From Isosphaeraceae bacterium (GTDB taxonomy: Bacteria; Planctomycetota; Planctomycetia; Isosphaerales; Isosphaeraceae), in NCBI GenBank assembly GCA_025356435.1, contig JANXSY010000233.1:7-64006 (forward strand): DNA of 64,000 bases. Reading direction: 5' to 3'. The notes beneath the pieces were generated by a model. It saw only the letters and a program-made list of their open reading frames with translations, was not told the origin of the DNA and did no database searches. The position numbers and the translations under genes were made by a program. This document shows positions 1-8,559 of the stretch, in pieces; positions within the stretch are counted from its first letter, which is position 1, and each line of letters begins with the position of its first letter.

Positions 1-190
1 GGCCGTGATCGTTGAAGCGGCGGATCCAGGCATACACCGTGGGACGCGAGCATCCCAGAGCCGTGGCGATGACCGGAGCGGACTGCCCCTTGGCGGCGGC
101 CTGGATGATCCGAGCGCGCTCCACCGAGCGAATCGGGGCGGTGCGTGACTGGATGAGGGCGGCGATCGCCTGATCTTCCTCAGGTGCCAT
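1..190 (-). CDS. IS630-family transposase, N-terminal helix-turn-helix part only (gene runs off the left edge)
   Basis: Reverse-strand ATG at 188-190. Translation MAPEEDQAIAALIQSRTAPIRSVERARIIQAAAKGQSAPVIATALGCSRPTVYAWIRRFNDHG has the HTH N-terminus typical of IS630-like transposases. It is absent from the ORF track because there is no stop inside the window. Confidence 0.6.
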   Translation of the reverse strand, partial: MAPEEDQAIAALIQSRTAPIRSVERARIIQAAAKGQSAPVIATALGCSRPTVYAWIRRFNDHG

Positions 191-611
191 GCAGCGGAGA
201 TAGACGCGGGCGGCCATGGTGCAACTCTCCAGGGGTTACTTCGATCCACCTGTAAATCACCTGCCGGATGCACCAATTAGTAAAACCCGGGGGGTCGGCC
301 GGCAGCCGAGAACCTGGTCGTATCGGTTGAGTTTGGCTCGGACTTTGTGTCATTCGCATCGATCTCCTACTCATCGCCCGCGAACGGGCTAACCGAAGGC
401 TTAACTACAAAGATGCAGGTTAGGAAGAACATTCGAGGGAAATGGCCAGACAAGGGCCGAAGTCGTGCAGACACCCGGCGGAATTCGCCATGAGAACGAA
501 ATTCAGGCTTGCTTCGAAGGATATTTACAAGAGAAAAAAGCCCTGAGCTTGCGAAATGGGTCGCTTTCGGCGATGCTTCCGTGACAAAACCACGATGCTG
601 AAGGACGACCC

Positions 612-1520
612 ATGCTTCCCGACGAGCCCAATAGCGACCCCACAGAGGAGTCGAATTTCTCTGATACGACCCGCGTCGAGACGGCGGGCCACGGCGACGA
701 CCGGCCGATCGTGATCCTGCCGATCGAACTTCGCGTGCTCGATCAGGCGGAACTTGACGAGGAGTTCGACGAAGACGAGATGGAAGACGGGCCACGCACC
801 GTCTTGATCACGGGCGCTTGCGGCAATATCGGCAGCAAGCTCCGTGCGACGCTCGGCGAGAACTACGACCTCGTCCTGATCGACCTCTATGCTCGCCCCG
901 ACGACGAGGAGGTGATCGTCGCCGACCTCGCCGAGTGGGACGAGTCGTGGGTCTCCCAGTTTGAAGACGTGGACACCGTCATTCACCTAGCGGGGAATCC
1001 GGACGAGTTCTCGTCATGGGACGACCTGGTGCAGCCAAACCTTGACGCGTTGGCGAACGTCCTCAACGCGGCGGCCTATGGTGGCGTTGAGCGTGTAATC
1101 TTCGCTAGTTCCAACCACGCAATGGGCGGCTATCGCGACCTTGGCGACATGCCAATCACCGTCGACCTACCCCCGAAGCCCGACGGCCCGTACGGCAGCC
1201 TGAAACTCGTCGGAGAACGGCTAGGGCGCAGCCTCGCCGCAGCCTTCGACCTGACCTTCATCGCTCTCCGGCTCGGGTGGGTTCAGTCGGGCGACAATCT
1301 CCCCAAGACTCTACCGGACGAGTGGTCGCGATTGTTGTGGCTCTCGAACAATGACCTCACTCATCTGGTCGAGTGTGCGATCGAAGCCGACCTCAGCGAC
1401 CGGAATTTTTTGGTCGTCAACGGAATGTCAAATAATCAAGGGATGCGATGGGATCTCTCCGAAACCGTCGAATGGCTCGGCTATGAGCCCGAAGACGACT
1501 CGGGGGCTGAAGCGATCTGA
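612..1520 (+). CDS. NAD-dependent epimerase/dehydratase (SDR family) with acidic N-terminal extension
   Basis: ORF track 302 aa. Rossmann motif VLITGACGNIGSKL. GC3-rich codons begin at 612, so the long form is plausible; an alternative start is the ATG at about 780 (MEDGPRTVLITG). Confidence 0.8.
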   Translation: MLPDEPNSDPTEESNFSDTTRVETAGHGDDRPIVILPIELRVLDQAELDEEFDEDEMEDGPRTVLITGACGNIGSKLRATLGENYDLVLIDLYARPDDEEVIVADLAEWDESWVSQFEDVDTVIHLAGNPDEFSSWDDLVQPNLDALANVLNAAAYGGVERVIFASSNHAMGGYRDLGDMPITVDLPPKPDGPYGSLKLVGERLGRSLAAAFDLTFIALRLGWVQSGDNLPKTLPDEWSRLLWLSNNDLTHLVECAIEADLSDRNFLVVNGMSNNQGMRWDLSETVEWLGYEPEDDSGAEAI

Positions 1521-1560
1521 GCGGCGAGTGATCGGCCAACCTCAATTCTACCACGATTAA

Positions 1561-1599
1561 GGGCCTCGGTCTCCTCCGCAAAGAAGGTGGCCGAGGCCC
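1561..1599. terminator. GC-rich hairpin between convergent genes
   Basis: GGGCCTCGG (1561-1569) pairs perfectly with CCGAGGCCC (1591-1599). It lies between the epimerase stop and the DUF1328 stop. There is no strong U-tract. Confidence 0.4.
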
Positions 1600-1632
1600 G
1601 TCTCGTTGAGGCTTACGCCGTGAAAGACACGG

Positions 1633-1809
1633 CTAGACGGTAGGCCCGCCCATGACTCGCCCGCCAAAGATTAGAGCGATCACGAACAGGACGAGGAAGA
1701 CCAGGGCGAAGATTTTGGCGATATAGGCAGAGGTCTCGGCAAGGCCGAAGAAACCGAGAGCACCGGCGATCAGGGAGATAATCGCGAAAGCGATGGCCCA
1801 GCGAAGCAT
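1633..1809 (-). CDS. DUF1328 (UPF0391) small membrane protein
   Basis: MLRWAIAFAIISLIAGALGFFGLAETSAYIAKIFALVFLVLFVIALIFGGR is the characteristic DUF1328 two-helix sequence. Start taken at the internal ATG 1807-1809 of the 83-aa track ORF. Confidence 0.85.
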   Translation of the reverse strand: MLRWAIAFAIISLIAGALGFFGLAETSAYIAKIFALVFLVLFVIALIFGGRVMGGPTV

Positions 1810-1902
1810 GGGATGGTCCTTTTTCGAGAGGTCAGGAAAGGAAGCCCAACCGAGGCCGCTCGCGTCGATCGAGGGTCGACGCAATCGAAGGACTCACGGA
1901 TT

Positions 1903-2325
1903 TCAACGCGACCGAAGCGCGAGGCCCACGATGAGTCCCGCGACGAGCCCGATGCCGAACGCGGCGGCGACTGACTGGCCCGGGTTGTGTCGGACGAGAT
2001 CCTCGGCCGACTCATAACGCTCTCGGACCTGCTCGGAGACCTGGCCGTAACCGTCGCGGAGTCGGTCGCCAGCAGTGTGGGCGAAGTCACCGACCGCTTG
2101 AGCAGCGTGGGCGACGGTCGATCCACCGTGTTGGGTCAGGTCGGTGAGGAACTTCTCGACGGCCTCACGAGCGATACCGGTCTTTTGCTGAATGCGACCG
2201 ACGAGTTGGTCAACGTTCCCACCCGTGATCTGAAGATCATCATCCGTGAGTTGGCCCCACTTCTCCTTAACCTGCCCCTTGAGCTTGTTCCACTGCCCCT
2301 GAAGTTCCTGTGCGTTGATGGCCAT
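1903..2325 (-). CDS. CsbD-like general stress domain fused to a DUF883 (ElaB/YqjD-type) C-terminal membrane anchor
   Basis: N-terminus MAINAQELQGQWNKLKGQVKEKWGQLTDDDLQITGGNVDQLVGRIQQKTG matches the CsbD pattern. C-terminus VRHNPGQSVAAAFGIGLVAGLIVGLALRSR is a DUF883 tail anchor. AGGAG lies 8 nt before the ATG at 2323-2325. Confidence 0.85.
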   Translation of the reverse strand: MAINAQELQGQWNKLKGQVKEKWGQLTDDDLQITGGNVDQLVGRIQQKTGIAREAVEKFLTDLTQHGGSTVAHAAQAVGDFAHTAGDRLRDGYGQVSEQVRERYESAEDLVRHNPGQSVAAAFGIGLVAGLIVGLALRSR

Positions 2326-2384
2326 CGTCATAGCTCCTGAAATCAATCCTGCCGACACCGCGGTCGGCCATGAAGGTTGAAGGA

Positions 2385-2400
2385 TGCAAGAGTAATGCCA
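2385..2400 (-). promoter_or_regulatory. sigma-54 type -24/-12 promoter (TGGCAT-TACTC-TTGCA)
   Basis: The reverse complement of 2385-2400 reads TGGCATTACTCTTGCA with exact GG-N10-GC spacing. It is about 55 nt upstream of, and co-oriented with, the CsbD-DUF883 start. Confidence 0.7.
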
Positions 2401-2466
2401 ACCGTGGCGTCAAAAACTCTGAAAATCTTATCTGTCGAACAATCAGCATGTTCTGTTATGAAAAAA

Positions 2467-2494
2467 GCCTCCCGGAATGATCCGGGAGGCTTTT
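2467..2494 (-). terminator. Rho-independent terminator (works on both strands) after the lipoprotein gene
   Basis: AAAAAA-GCCTCCCGGA-ATGA-TCCGGGAGGC-TTTT: a perfect 10-bp stem flanked by A and T runs, about 25 nt downstream of the minus-strand stop at 2518. Confidence 0.8.
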
Positions 2495-2517
2495 GAGGAA
2501 TTTAGAACCATCGCCAA

Positions 2518-2685
2518 TCAAGGCTTCTTATCGCCTGTCTTCGTGTCTTTCTCGGTGATGGTCTTGGTGTCGGTGCCACCTGGGCCCTTCTCGGTCACTT
2601 TGACCTCTTTCTTCGTCTCTTCGCCACAGCCGGTGAACATTGCGGTGATGCCGAGCATCAGGGACGAAATGATAAAGCGTTTCAT
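2518..2685 (-). CDS. small lipoprotein (hypothetical)
   Basis: MKRFIISSLMLGITAMFTGCGEE has a lipobox (FTGC). The mature part is Lys/Thr/Glu-rich. AGAGGA lies 8 nt upstream of the ATG 2683-2685. Confidence 0.7.
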   Translation of the reverse strand: MKRFIISSLMLGITAMFTGCGEETKKEVKVTEKGPGGTDTKTITEKDTKTGDKKP

Positions 2686-2771
2686 CGATCGATCCTCTTG
2701 TATACGGTTTCCGCTTCGCCAACCGCAGCCCAATGCCGCCAGCTTCGTAGCGTCGCTGAACGAAGGAAATA

Positions 2772-2787
2772 GGCAAGCGGCGTGCCA
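2772..2787 (-). promoter_or_regulatory. sigma-54 type -24/-12 promoter (TGGCAC-GCCGC-TTGCC)
   Basis: The reverse complement reads TGGCACGCCGCTTGCC with exact spacing. It is about 90 nt upstream of the lipoprotein start. Confidence 0.7.
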
Positions 2788-2900
2788 TACGCATGCGCGC
2801 CTTATCCGGCCTGTTGTTCTTGACTAATTTCCACTTCGCACTAGGAACGGTGGTTCGCCTAGTCGCGCAGCGGAATACGCGAAATGTGCAGGCCGATTCG

Positions 2901-2916
2901 CGGCATGACCCTTGCA
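2901..2916 (+). promoter_or_regulatory. sigma-54 type -24/-12 promoter (CGGCAT-GACCC-TTGCA)
   Basis: CGGCATGACCCTTGCA with exact GG-N10-GC spacing, about 75 nt upstream of the ATG at 2992. It sits back-to-back with the minus-strand element at 2772-2787. Confidence 0.6.
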
Positions 2917-2991
2917 ACACTTTAAACATCGTTGGACCTCATCAGGAGGTTTGGTCAGTTCTCCAATCATTAAAATGAAGGAGCCTCGGCA

Positions 2992-3432
2992 ATGCCTTCA
3001 GGAAACAAGGGCGGACAGAGTCAAGGGCAGAACCGGCAGAACGGTGGAGTGCCACGTCCCGATGAGGATCAGGGGTGGAAAATCGCCCAGCAGGTCCGCG
3101 AAGGGGCCGAAGGTGCAAGCAATCGGTTGCACGAAGGCTACGACGCGGCTCGTGAAGGGATCACTCACGGCTATCGTCGGGCTGAAGACGCGATCGCACG
3201 CAATCCCGCCCCGAGCGTCTTGCTGGGCTTTGGTCTCGGATTCGGCCTCGGCCTCGTGCTCTATCAGATGTTCGCCCACGAAGAAGAGAGTTGGACCGAG
3301 CGGAATATTACCGGGCCAATCCGCCACATGCATGTCCCCGAATCGGTCAAGCACGTACCGGAACACGTCCATCACTTGGCCGACGCCATCGTCAGCCGCC
3401 TGCCGCACTCGGTCCGGAAACACCTCGGTTGA
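2992..3432 (+). CDS. DUF883 (ElaB/YqjD-like) membrane-anchored stress protein with His-rich C-terminal extension
   Basis: ORF track 146 aa. AEDAIARNPAPSVLLGFGLGFGLGLVL is the DUF883 anchor motif. It is followed by HMHVPESVKHVPEHVHHL. GGAG precedes the ATG. Confidence 0.8.
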   Translation: MPSGNKGGQSQGQNRQNGGVPRPDEDQGWKIAQQVREGAEGASNRLHEGYDAAREGITHGYRRAEDAIARNPAPSVLLGFGLGFGLGLVLYQMFAHEEESWTERNITGPIRHMHVPESVKHVPEHVHHLADAIVSRLPHSVRKHLG

Positions 3433-3468
3433 TTTCTCGAATGCGTTGATGCGAAAGCTGGCGAGAAC

Positions 3469-3505
3469 GAGGCCGTCCCCGATCCGATAGGGTTGGGACG
3501 GCCTC
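3469..3505 (+). terminator. strong hairpin between the DUF883 gene and the next gene (terminator or attenuator candidate)
   Basis: GAGGCCGTCCC (3469-3479) pairs perfectly with GGGACGGCCTC (3495-3505). The downstream U-tract is weak. Confidence 0.4.
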
Positions 3506-3512
3506 TCCCCAT

Positions 3513-5132
3513 TTGACGCCCGGCCGTGGTCAATCGACAATGCTTCGACCGAGTTGTCGAATCACTGGATATGGCCGGTCTTCCCTCGACGCGTATGACG
3601 ACAGGCGGTGGGTTGTGCTCAAGTCGTGGAAAACGTGGGTATTGATCGTCCTCCTGATCGGCCCTTACGCGGTCTATATCGGGCTGGGGTTTCTCTGGCT
3701 CTTCGAGCGGGGATGGCTGCTGGCGAGCCTCGCCGGGCTCCTTGGCTTCGGCGGAGGTGTGCTCTTCTATGTGCTCGCCGCGCGATGGACTCGGACCAAC
3801 CGAGATCTGCTGCCGCCGATCGACTGGAACACGCCCTCAACCTTCTCTCCAATCGATCGCCAGGCATGGTCGATCGTCGAAGGGGAGTCGGATGTCGGAG
3901 AAGGCGTACCGCTGGAGTCGCTTACGGGTGCCGACCTCTATATCGATACCGGACGCCGTCTCGCGAATCGGCTGGCGAAGCATTATCACCCGCTCTCGGA
4001 CGACCCGATCGAAAATGTTCCGGTGATCGAGCTGCTCACCGCCCTCGAACTCGCGGCCGAAGACCTCAACGGCCTTTGCCGCCAGGTACCGGGCGGAGAC
4101 ATGATCACGGCTGGGCACTGGAAAACCGCCATCCAGGCTGCAGGATATATCACGAAGGCAAATAATCTCTATTCTTACATTCTCCCGCTCTTCAATCCGC
4201 TCACCGGAATTTCTCGCCTCGCCTCGCAACACCTCATGGTGAAGCCGGCTTGGAAGACGATGCAGCAGAATCTCCTTCGCTGGTTCTTCCAGGCTTACGT
4301 GAACCGACTTGGCATGCACCTGATCGAACTCTACAGCGGTCGGCTGGTGATCGGGTCTGCACAGTATCGTCGCCTGGTGCGGAAGATGGGCCAGACTCCG
4401 ACCGAGGTCGTCACCGAAGCCGGTCCGCTCACGATCACAGTGGCCGGGGCACGCGACTCGGGACATGCGGCTTTCGTCGCGGCGATTGTCGCGGCAAAGG
4501 AGGGTGATCGAACCTTGGTCTCCGCACGGCTCAAGGGCGCGGGAATGAGCGAGGAGGTGCTCAACAAACTTCTGCTGGCGAATTGGGTCGAGGCGACTGG
4601 CTATACAACAAAGCCAGATACGGAAACCGCACGCGACCGATCAACACGGCGGCACGCGGTCGCTGAGGCGACCGAGGTTGACCTGCTCCTCCTGTTCATC
4701 GACGACCGCCACGGCACTCTGACGGCCGACGCCGCGTTCGCCACCGCCTGGGACCGTTGGTTCATCGAGCACCCGTCCCGAGAGCGCCCGCCGATCGTCG
4801 TGGCCATGTTTGCGACCGACCGTTCTCGACTTGAAGCCGCGCGGGCGGTCTTGCCCCCGAGTGTGATCGATATCCTCGCCGTCGACCCGAACACGACCTC
4901 CGAGATGGATCGGATCGGCTCGATCCTGCCGACGGTCGCGACCCAGTTGCCGCGCGCCGAGCGGGTGTCGATCCTCCGCCATCTCCAGAGAATCTCGTCC
5001 CGATCGAAGGCGGGTCGGCTTGTGAGCCAGGTCGGCGAGAGCGGAAAATGGATCTGGGAGAACCTTCGGAAGCCAAAATCTGCCGGTATGGCCCAGCCCA
5101 AACACGAGCCGGAGAGCACGACACGGATCTGA
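3513..5132 (+). CDS. hypothetical membrane protein (2 N-terminal TM helices, large soluble part with a GTPase-like but P-loop-less core)
   Basis: ORF track 539 aa. TM segments WVLIVLLIGPYAVYIGLGFLWLF and LLASLAGLLGFGGGVLFYVLAA. Segment PLTITVAGARDSGHAAFVAAI followed later by DLLLLFIDD. Exact start uncertain (ATG about 3540 is also possible). Confidence 0.6.
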   Translation: MTPGRGQSTMLRPSCRITGYGRSSLDAYDDRRWVVLKSWKTWVLIVLLIGPYAVYIGLGFLWLFERGWLLASLAGLLGFGGGVLFYVLAARWTRTNRDLLPPIDWNTPSTFSPIDRQAWSIVEGESDVGEGVPLESLTGADLYIDTGRRLANRLAKHYHPLSDDPIENVPVIELLTALELAAEDLNGLCRQVPGGDMITAGHWKTAIQAAGYITKANNLYSYILPLFNPLTGISRLASQHLMVKPAWKTMQQNLLRWFFQAYVNRLGMHLIELYSGRLVIGSAQYRRLVRKMGQTPTEVVTEAGPLTITVAGARDSGHAAFVAAIVAAKEGDRTLVSARLKGAGMSEEVLNKLLLANWVEATGYTTKPDTETARDRSTRRHAVAEATEVDLLLLFIDDRHGTLTADAAFATAWDRWFIEHPSRERPPIVVAMFATDRSRLEAARAVLPPSVIDILAVDPNTTSEMDRIGSILPTVATQLPRAERVSILRHLQRISSRSKAGRLVSQVGESGKWIWENLRKPKSAGMAQPKHEPESTTRI

Positions 5133-5172
5133 CCCGCGTCGGGATCGGTCGTTGTGTCTCTTCCACACTTTT

Positions 5173-5188
5173 TGGCACTGAGATTGCG
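5173..5188 (+). promoter_or_regulatory. sigma-54 type -24/-12 promoter (TGGCAC-TGAGA-TTGCG)
   Basis: TGGCACTGAGATTGCG is a near-perfect consensus. It is 41 nt after the upstream stop and about 70 nt before the GTG start at 5255. Confidence 0.75.
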
Positions 5189-5254
5189 TAACTATTGGAC
5201 AAGTGGGGCGGTCGTGAACCGCCTGCGGTTTGTCACGCTGGAGAGGAACGCAAC

Positions 5255-5773
5255 GTGGCGACGGCTCCTAACGAGATCGACGACATTCGCCGCCAGATGG
5301 CCCGGATACGCCGCGAACTCCACGAAGATGTTCGCGACGTGGTCAAAGGGGCCGAGGCCGTCTCCGATTGGCGTCACTACATGCGCATGTATCCGTGGGC
5401 GACGGTCGTCGCGGCGGCTGCGATTGGCTACTTCGTTGTCCCGAAGCGGAGGAAGCCGGCAATCAAGGCGGCCGAGGTGGCCCAAGCAGTCGCTGCCGTG
5501 ATGCCCCAAATGGTCCTCCCGACACACGCCGCTTCCCCGAAACCCAGCAAGGGTTTAATCCGTGGTGCCCTCGGCCTTCTCACGCCGATCGCCTTGCGGG
5601 CCGCACAGAACTATGCGACTCATTTCGCCTCGAACTGGATCGCCCAGCAGCAAGCTCAGATGGCCGCAGCCGGGATGGCACCCCATCCCGAATCGCCCTC
5701 TCCCGGCGTCACGATGCCCGGTGGTCCTTCTCGTCCCGTCCAAGCGGGCCGTGGTGACGGATCGAGGATCTAA
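5255..5773 (+). CDS. hypothetical tail-anchored/one-TM protein (coiled N-terminus, first gene of a yqjD/yqjE-like trio)
   Basis: In frame with track ORF 5195-5773. GTG at 5255 is preceded by GGAGAGG at 8-nt spacing. NEIDDIRRQMARIRRELHEDV, then TM PWATVVAAAAIGYFVV. Confidence 0.6.
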   Translation: MATAPNEIDDIRRQMARIRRELHEDVRDVVKGAEAVSDWRHYMRMYPWATVVAAAAIGYFVVPKRRKPAIKAAEVAQAVAAVMPQMVLPTHAASPKPSKGLIRGALGLLTPIALRAAQNYATHFASNWIAQQQAQMAAAGMAPHPESPSPGVTMPGGPSRPVQAGRGDGSRI

Positions 5774-5785
5774 GGAGATAAAACG

Positions 5786-5968
5786 ATGGTCGATCGAGTC
5801 CAATTCGGTGCCAATAACCAGGCTCTTGAGGTCATGGCCACCGCCCGTGAGACCTTCACAAACAGCACCCGAACCGTCAAGGAATACATCAGCAAACAAC
5901 CCGCGCGTGCCATCGGCATCGCGCTCGGAATGGGGGTCCTCCTGGGATGGCTCATCAAGCGTCGATGA
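5786..5968 (+). CDS. DUF883 (ElaB/YqjD-like) small membrane-anchored protein
   Basis: ORF track 60 aa. The C-terminus KQPARAIGIALGMGVLLGWLIKRR is the DUF883 anchor. Confidence 0.8.
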   Translation: MVDRVQFGANNQALEVMATARETFTNSTRTVKEYISKQPARAIGIALGMGVLLGWLIKRR

Positions 5969-6402
5969 ATGGCGGACTTCGGTTTCGAGGCAGGCGCGAA
6001 AACGTCCTCGAAAGTCTCAGCGACCTCGGTGGAGACGTGGCCTCGCTCGTCGAGTTGCAGGCGAAGCTGACGGCGATCGACCTCAAAGAGACGATCGATA
6101 AGGCGACCTACCCGTCCGTGACACTCGCAGTTGCGGCGGTAGTCCTGATCGGGGCGATACCTGTCATGTTCATAGGACTGGCTTTTGTCCTTGCCATAGC
6201 ATTGTCAATCAGCCAGGGTGCCTCACTGTTGATCGTTGGGGTCACATTCGCCCTGATCGGCGGGGTCATCGGATGGATCGCGTTGATGAAAGTGCTCCAG
6301 AGCCTCCAGAGCTTCCGCCGCTCCCGCGAAGAGCTTATCCGGAACATTGCCTGGGTCAGGACTGTCATCGCCCAAAGTGGACGCGAGACCCATCGTTCGT
6401 GA
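5965..6402 (+). CDS. YqjE / Holin-X (PF07332, former DUF1469)-like membrane protein
   Basis: ATGA start/stop overlap with the preceding gene. LSDLGGDVASLVELQAKLTAIDLKE followed by two long TM helices, which is the family layout. Confidence 0.7.
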   Translation: MNGGLRFRGRRENVLESLSDLGGDVASLVELQAKLTAIDLKETIDKATYPSVTLAVAAVVLIGAIPVMFIGLAFVLAIALSISQGASLLIVGVTFALIGGVIGWIALMKVLQSLQSFRRSREELIRNIAWVRTVIAQSGRETHRS

Positions 6403-6421
6403 AGTCATAAAAATCGCATTC

Positions 6422-6456
6422 GGACGCGGCACAGCTCAAGAGTTGTGACCGCGTCC
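6422..6456 (+). other. hairpin downstream of the YqjE-like gene
   Basis: GGACGCGG (6422-6429) pairs with CCGCGTCC (6449-6456), with a further CACA/TGTG extension. Confidence 0.35.
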
Positions 6457-6487
6457 GGTCAATTGCATTTCATTACGAAAAACGAAT

Positions 6488-6527
6488 GGACGCCGCAGCC
6501 ATGTCTCAGGCTGCGGCGTCCGTTTTG
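6488..6527. terminator. bidirectional Rho-independent terminator between convergent operons
   Basis: GGACGCCGCAGCC-loop-GGCTGCGGCGTCC is a perfect 13-bp stem. GTTTTG follows on the plus strand and TTTTT follows on the minus strand. Confidence 0.85.
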
Positions 6528-6550
6528 CAGACCGAGGTCATACCGAGCGA

Positions 6551-6970
6551 TTAGGGCTTCTCGACCACGTCCGAGACGACCCGTCCGAGTTTCTGGGTCG
6601 AGATGTATGGAGACACGTCGGACCAGGCGATAATCCCGACGAGTTGATCTGAGGAGTCGGTCACGAGCAGGCGGCGGACAGTCTTCGAGGCGAAGCCCGA
6701 CTCGATCTCTTCGAGCGATGCTCCGGGACGGACCGCGATAACGCCACGGGTCATAATATCGGAGACGGGAAGGTCGATCAGATCGGCCCCTTTGTCGATG
6801 AGCGAGAGGGCCACGTCGCGATCGGTGAGAATACCAACCGGCTTGCCGTCTTCGGTGATCGGCACAGCACCGCAATCCGCGTCGCGAAAGATCATCGCGG
6901 CTTCGAGGACGGTGCTAAAGGTCGAACAGGTTCGAGGGGCCGGGGTCATCAGGTCGGCAGCGGTGGGCAT
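6551..6970 (-). CDS. CBS-pair domain protein
   Basis: MPTAADLMTPAPRTCS...AVPITEDGKPVGILTDRDV...DIMTRGVIAVRP...RRLLVTDSSDQLVGIIAWSDV: two CBS motifs. Start at the internal ATG 6968-6970. Confidence 0.85.
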   Translation of the reverse strand: MPTAADLMTPAPRTCSTFSTVLEAAMIFRDADCGAVPITEDGKPVGILTDRDVALSLIDKGADLIDLPVSDIMTRGVIAVRPGASLEEIESGFASKTVRRLLVTDSSDQLVGIIAWSDVSPYISTQKLGRVVSDVVEKP

Positions 6971-7027
6971 CGAAACGTTCTCCGGTAAATCGGACAATCT
7001 CGATCCACGAGACATAAGAAAAGAAAA

Positions 7028-7043
7028 TGCAAGTCTCGCGCCG
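7028..7043 (-). promoter_or_regulatory. candidate sigma-54 promoter (CGGCGC-GAGAC-TTGCA)
   Basis: The reverse complement is CGGCGCGAGACTTGCA with the correct GG-N10-GC spacing, about 58 nt upstream of the CBS gene start. The -24 half is weaker. Confidence 0.45.
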
Positions 7044-7059
7044 CTGCAACCCGTCCGAT

Positions 7060-8454
7060 TTAGGTTGACTTGAAAGGATACTTGTCGATTTCATACTGAC
7101 TGATCTTGCCAGAGACCGAGCGTCTCGACAGTCCGCAAAGTTCGGCGCAGCGGCCGACGTTGCCCCTGCTTTTTTCGAGCGCCTTGGTGATGTATTCTCG
7201 CTCAATCTGTTCGGTCGCCTTCTGTAAATAGAAGGGCAGCGGGTGCTTGAGATCGATCTCGAACCTCGGCTTCTCTTCGGACGTCGCCCCGCTCACCCTT
7301 GGGGGGAGGAACTCCGGGAGAATCGTGTCGCCCACGGTAGTAACCGCGGCGCGTTCGATGGCGTTCTCCAGTTCGCGGATGTTGCCCGGCCACCGATAGG
7401 CGAGCAGGCGTTCCATCGTCTCGGGCGAGACCTTCTTCGGCTGTTCGTTTGTTCGCGTGTACTTGTTAAGAAAGTGCGTGACGAGCAGGGGGATGTCTTC
7501 GGGCCTCTCGCGGAGTGGAGGGACGTCGATCTTAATGACGTTGAGGCGGTAGTAGAGGTCTTCCCTAAACTTCCCCTCCTTGACCAACGTTTCGAGGCTC
7601 TTGTTCGACGCGGCCACGACCCGGATATCGACCTCAATGCTCTCATGGCCGCCGACTCGCTCGAACTTCCGCTCCTGAAGCACGCGAAGGAGCTTCGCCT
7701 GCATGGCCTGGGAGATATCGCCGATCTCGTCGAGGAAAATGGTGCCCTTGTCGGCGAGTTCGAAACGCCCCTTCCGTCGCGCATCGGCCGAAGTGAAGGC
7801 ACCTCGTTCGTGCCCGAAAAGCTCCGATTCGAGCAGGCTTTCGGGCAGGGCCGCGCAATTGATGGCGATGAGGTTGCCCTGCCTGTCCTCACCAGAAAAA
7901 TGCACAGCCTTTGCAATCAATTCCTTGCCAGTTCCCGTCTCTCCCTCGATGAGAACGGTGCTCTTGGTGCCTCCGATATGCCGCACTAGCTCGAAGATCG
8001 AGTACATCTTCGGGTTTTTGCTGATGATGCTATGGAAGCTGAAGTTTTCCTTGAGTTGCTGCCGGAGTTGGAGCACCTCATCCTGAAGCGCCCGCTTCTT
8101 CAGGGCCCGGTCGATCACGATCTGGAGGTTGGTCGGGTCGATCGGCTTGGTGAGAAAGTCATATGCACCAAGTCGCATCGCCTCCACGACCCGATCAATC
8201 GAGCCGAAGGCGGTCGTTACGATCGTGGTGACCATCACGCGACGCTGCGCGACTTCCCGGATCAAGTCCATCCCCCCCATGCCGGGCATGCGGAGGTCGG
8301 TAATTAGCACGCTGTAATCGGCGGCGGCCAGCGCCGTAAGCGCGTCTTGCCCATTAGTGACTGCGTCGACACTTAGCGATTCCGACTCCAGGAGTTTCCG
8401 CAGCTGCGTCGTACTGTAGGCATCATCGTCGACTAGAAGCACTTTCCTGCGCAT
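7060..8454 (-). CDS. sigma-54-dependent response regulator (NtrC family enhancer-binding protein)
   Basis: Start MRRKVLLVDDD at 8452-8454. Receiver domain (VLITDLRMPGMGG). AAA+ domain with GETGTGKELIAKAVH and the sigma-54 contact loop as GAFTSA. C-terminal HTH (GNVGRCAELCGLSRRSV). Confidence 0.95.
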   Translation of the reverse strand: MRRKVLLVDDDAYSTTQLRKLLESESLSVDAVTNGQDALTALAAADYSVLITDLRMPGMGGMDLIREVAQRRVMVTTIVTTAFGSIDRVVEAMRLGAYDFLTKPIDPTNLQIVIDRALKKRALQDEVLQLRQQLKENFSFHSIISKNPKMYSIFELVRHIGGTKSTVLIEGETGTGKELIAKAVHFSGEDRQGNLIAINCAALPESLLESELFGHERGAFTSADARRKGRFELADKGTIFLDEIGDISQAMQAKLLRVLQERKFERVGGHESIEVDIRVVAASNKSLETLVKEGKFREDLYYRLNVIKIDVPPLRERPEDIPLLVTHFLNKYTRTNEQPKKVSPETMERLLAYRWPGNIRELENAIERAAVTTVGDTILPEFLPPRVSGATSEEKPRFEIDLKHPLPFYLQKATEQIEREYITKALEKSRGNVGRCAELCGLSRRSVSGKISQYEIDKYPFKST

Positions 8455-8543
8455 ACAACGTAGTTCCTTGTAGAGATGGCGGAGATCCAGGCGATTGATC
8501 GACTCATATCCAAGCCGATAGAGAGAGTCATTGCGCGACAATG

Positions 8544-8559
8544 GGCAAATTCGATTCCA
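8544..8559 (-). promoter_or_regulatory. weak sigma-54-like element upstream of the activator gene (TGGAAT-CGAAT-TTGCC)
   Basis: The reverse complement is TGGAATCGAATTTGCC. Spacing is right and the -12 is good, but the -24 lacks the C after GG. It is about 90 nt upstream of 8454. Confidence 0.25.
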
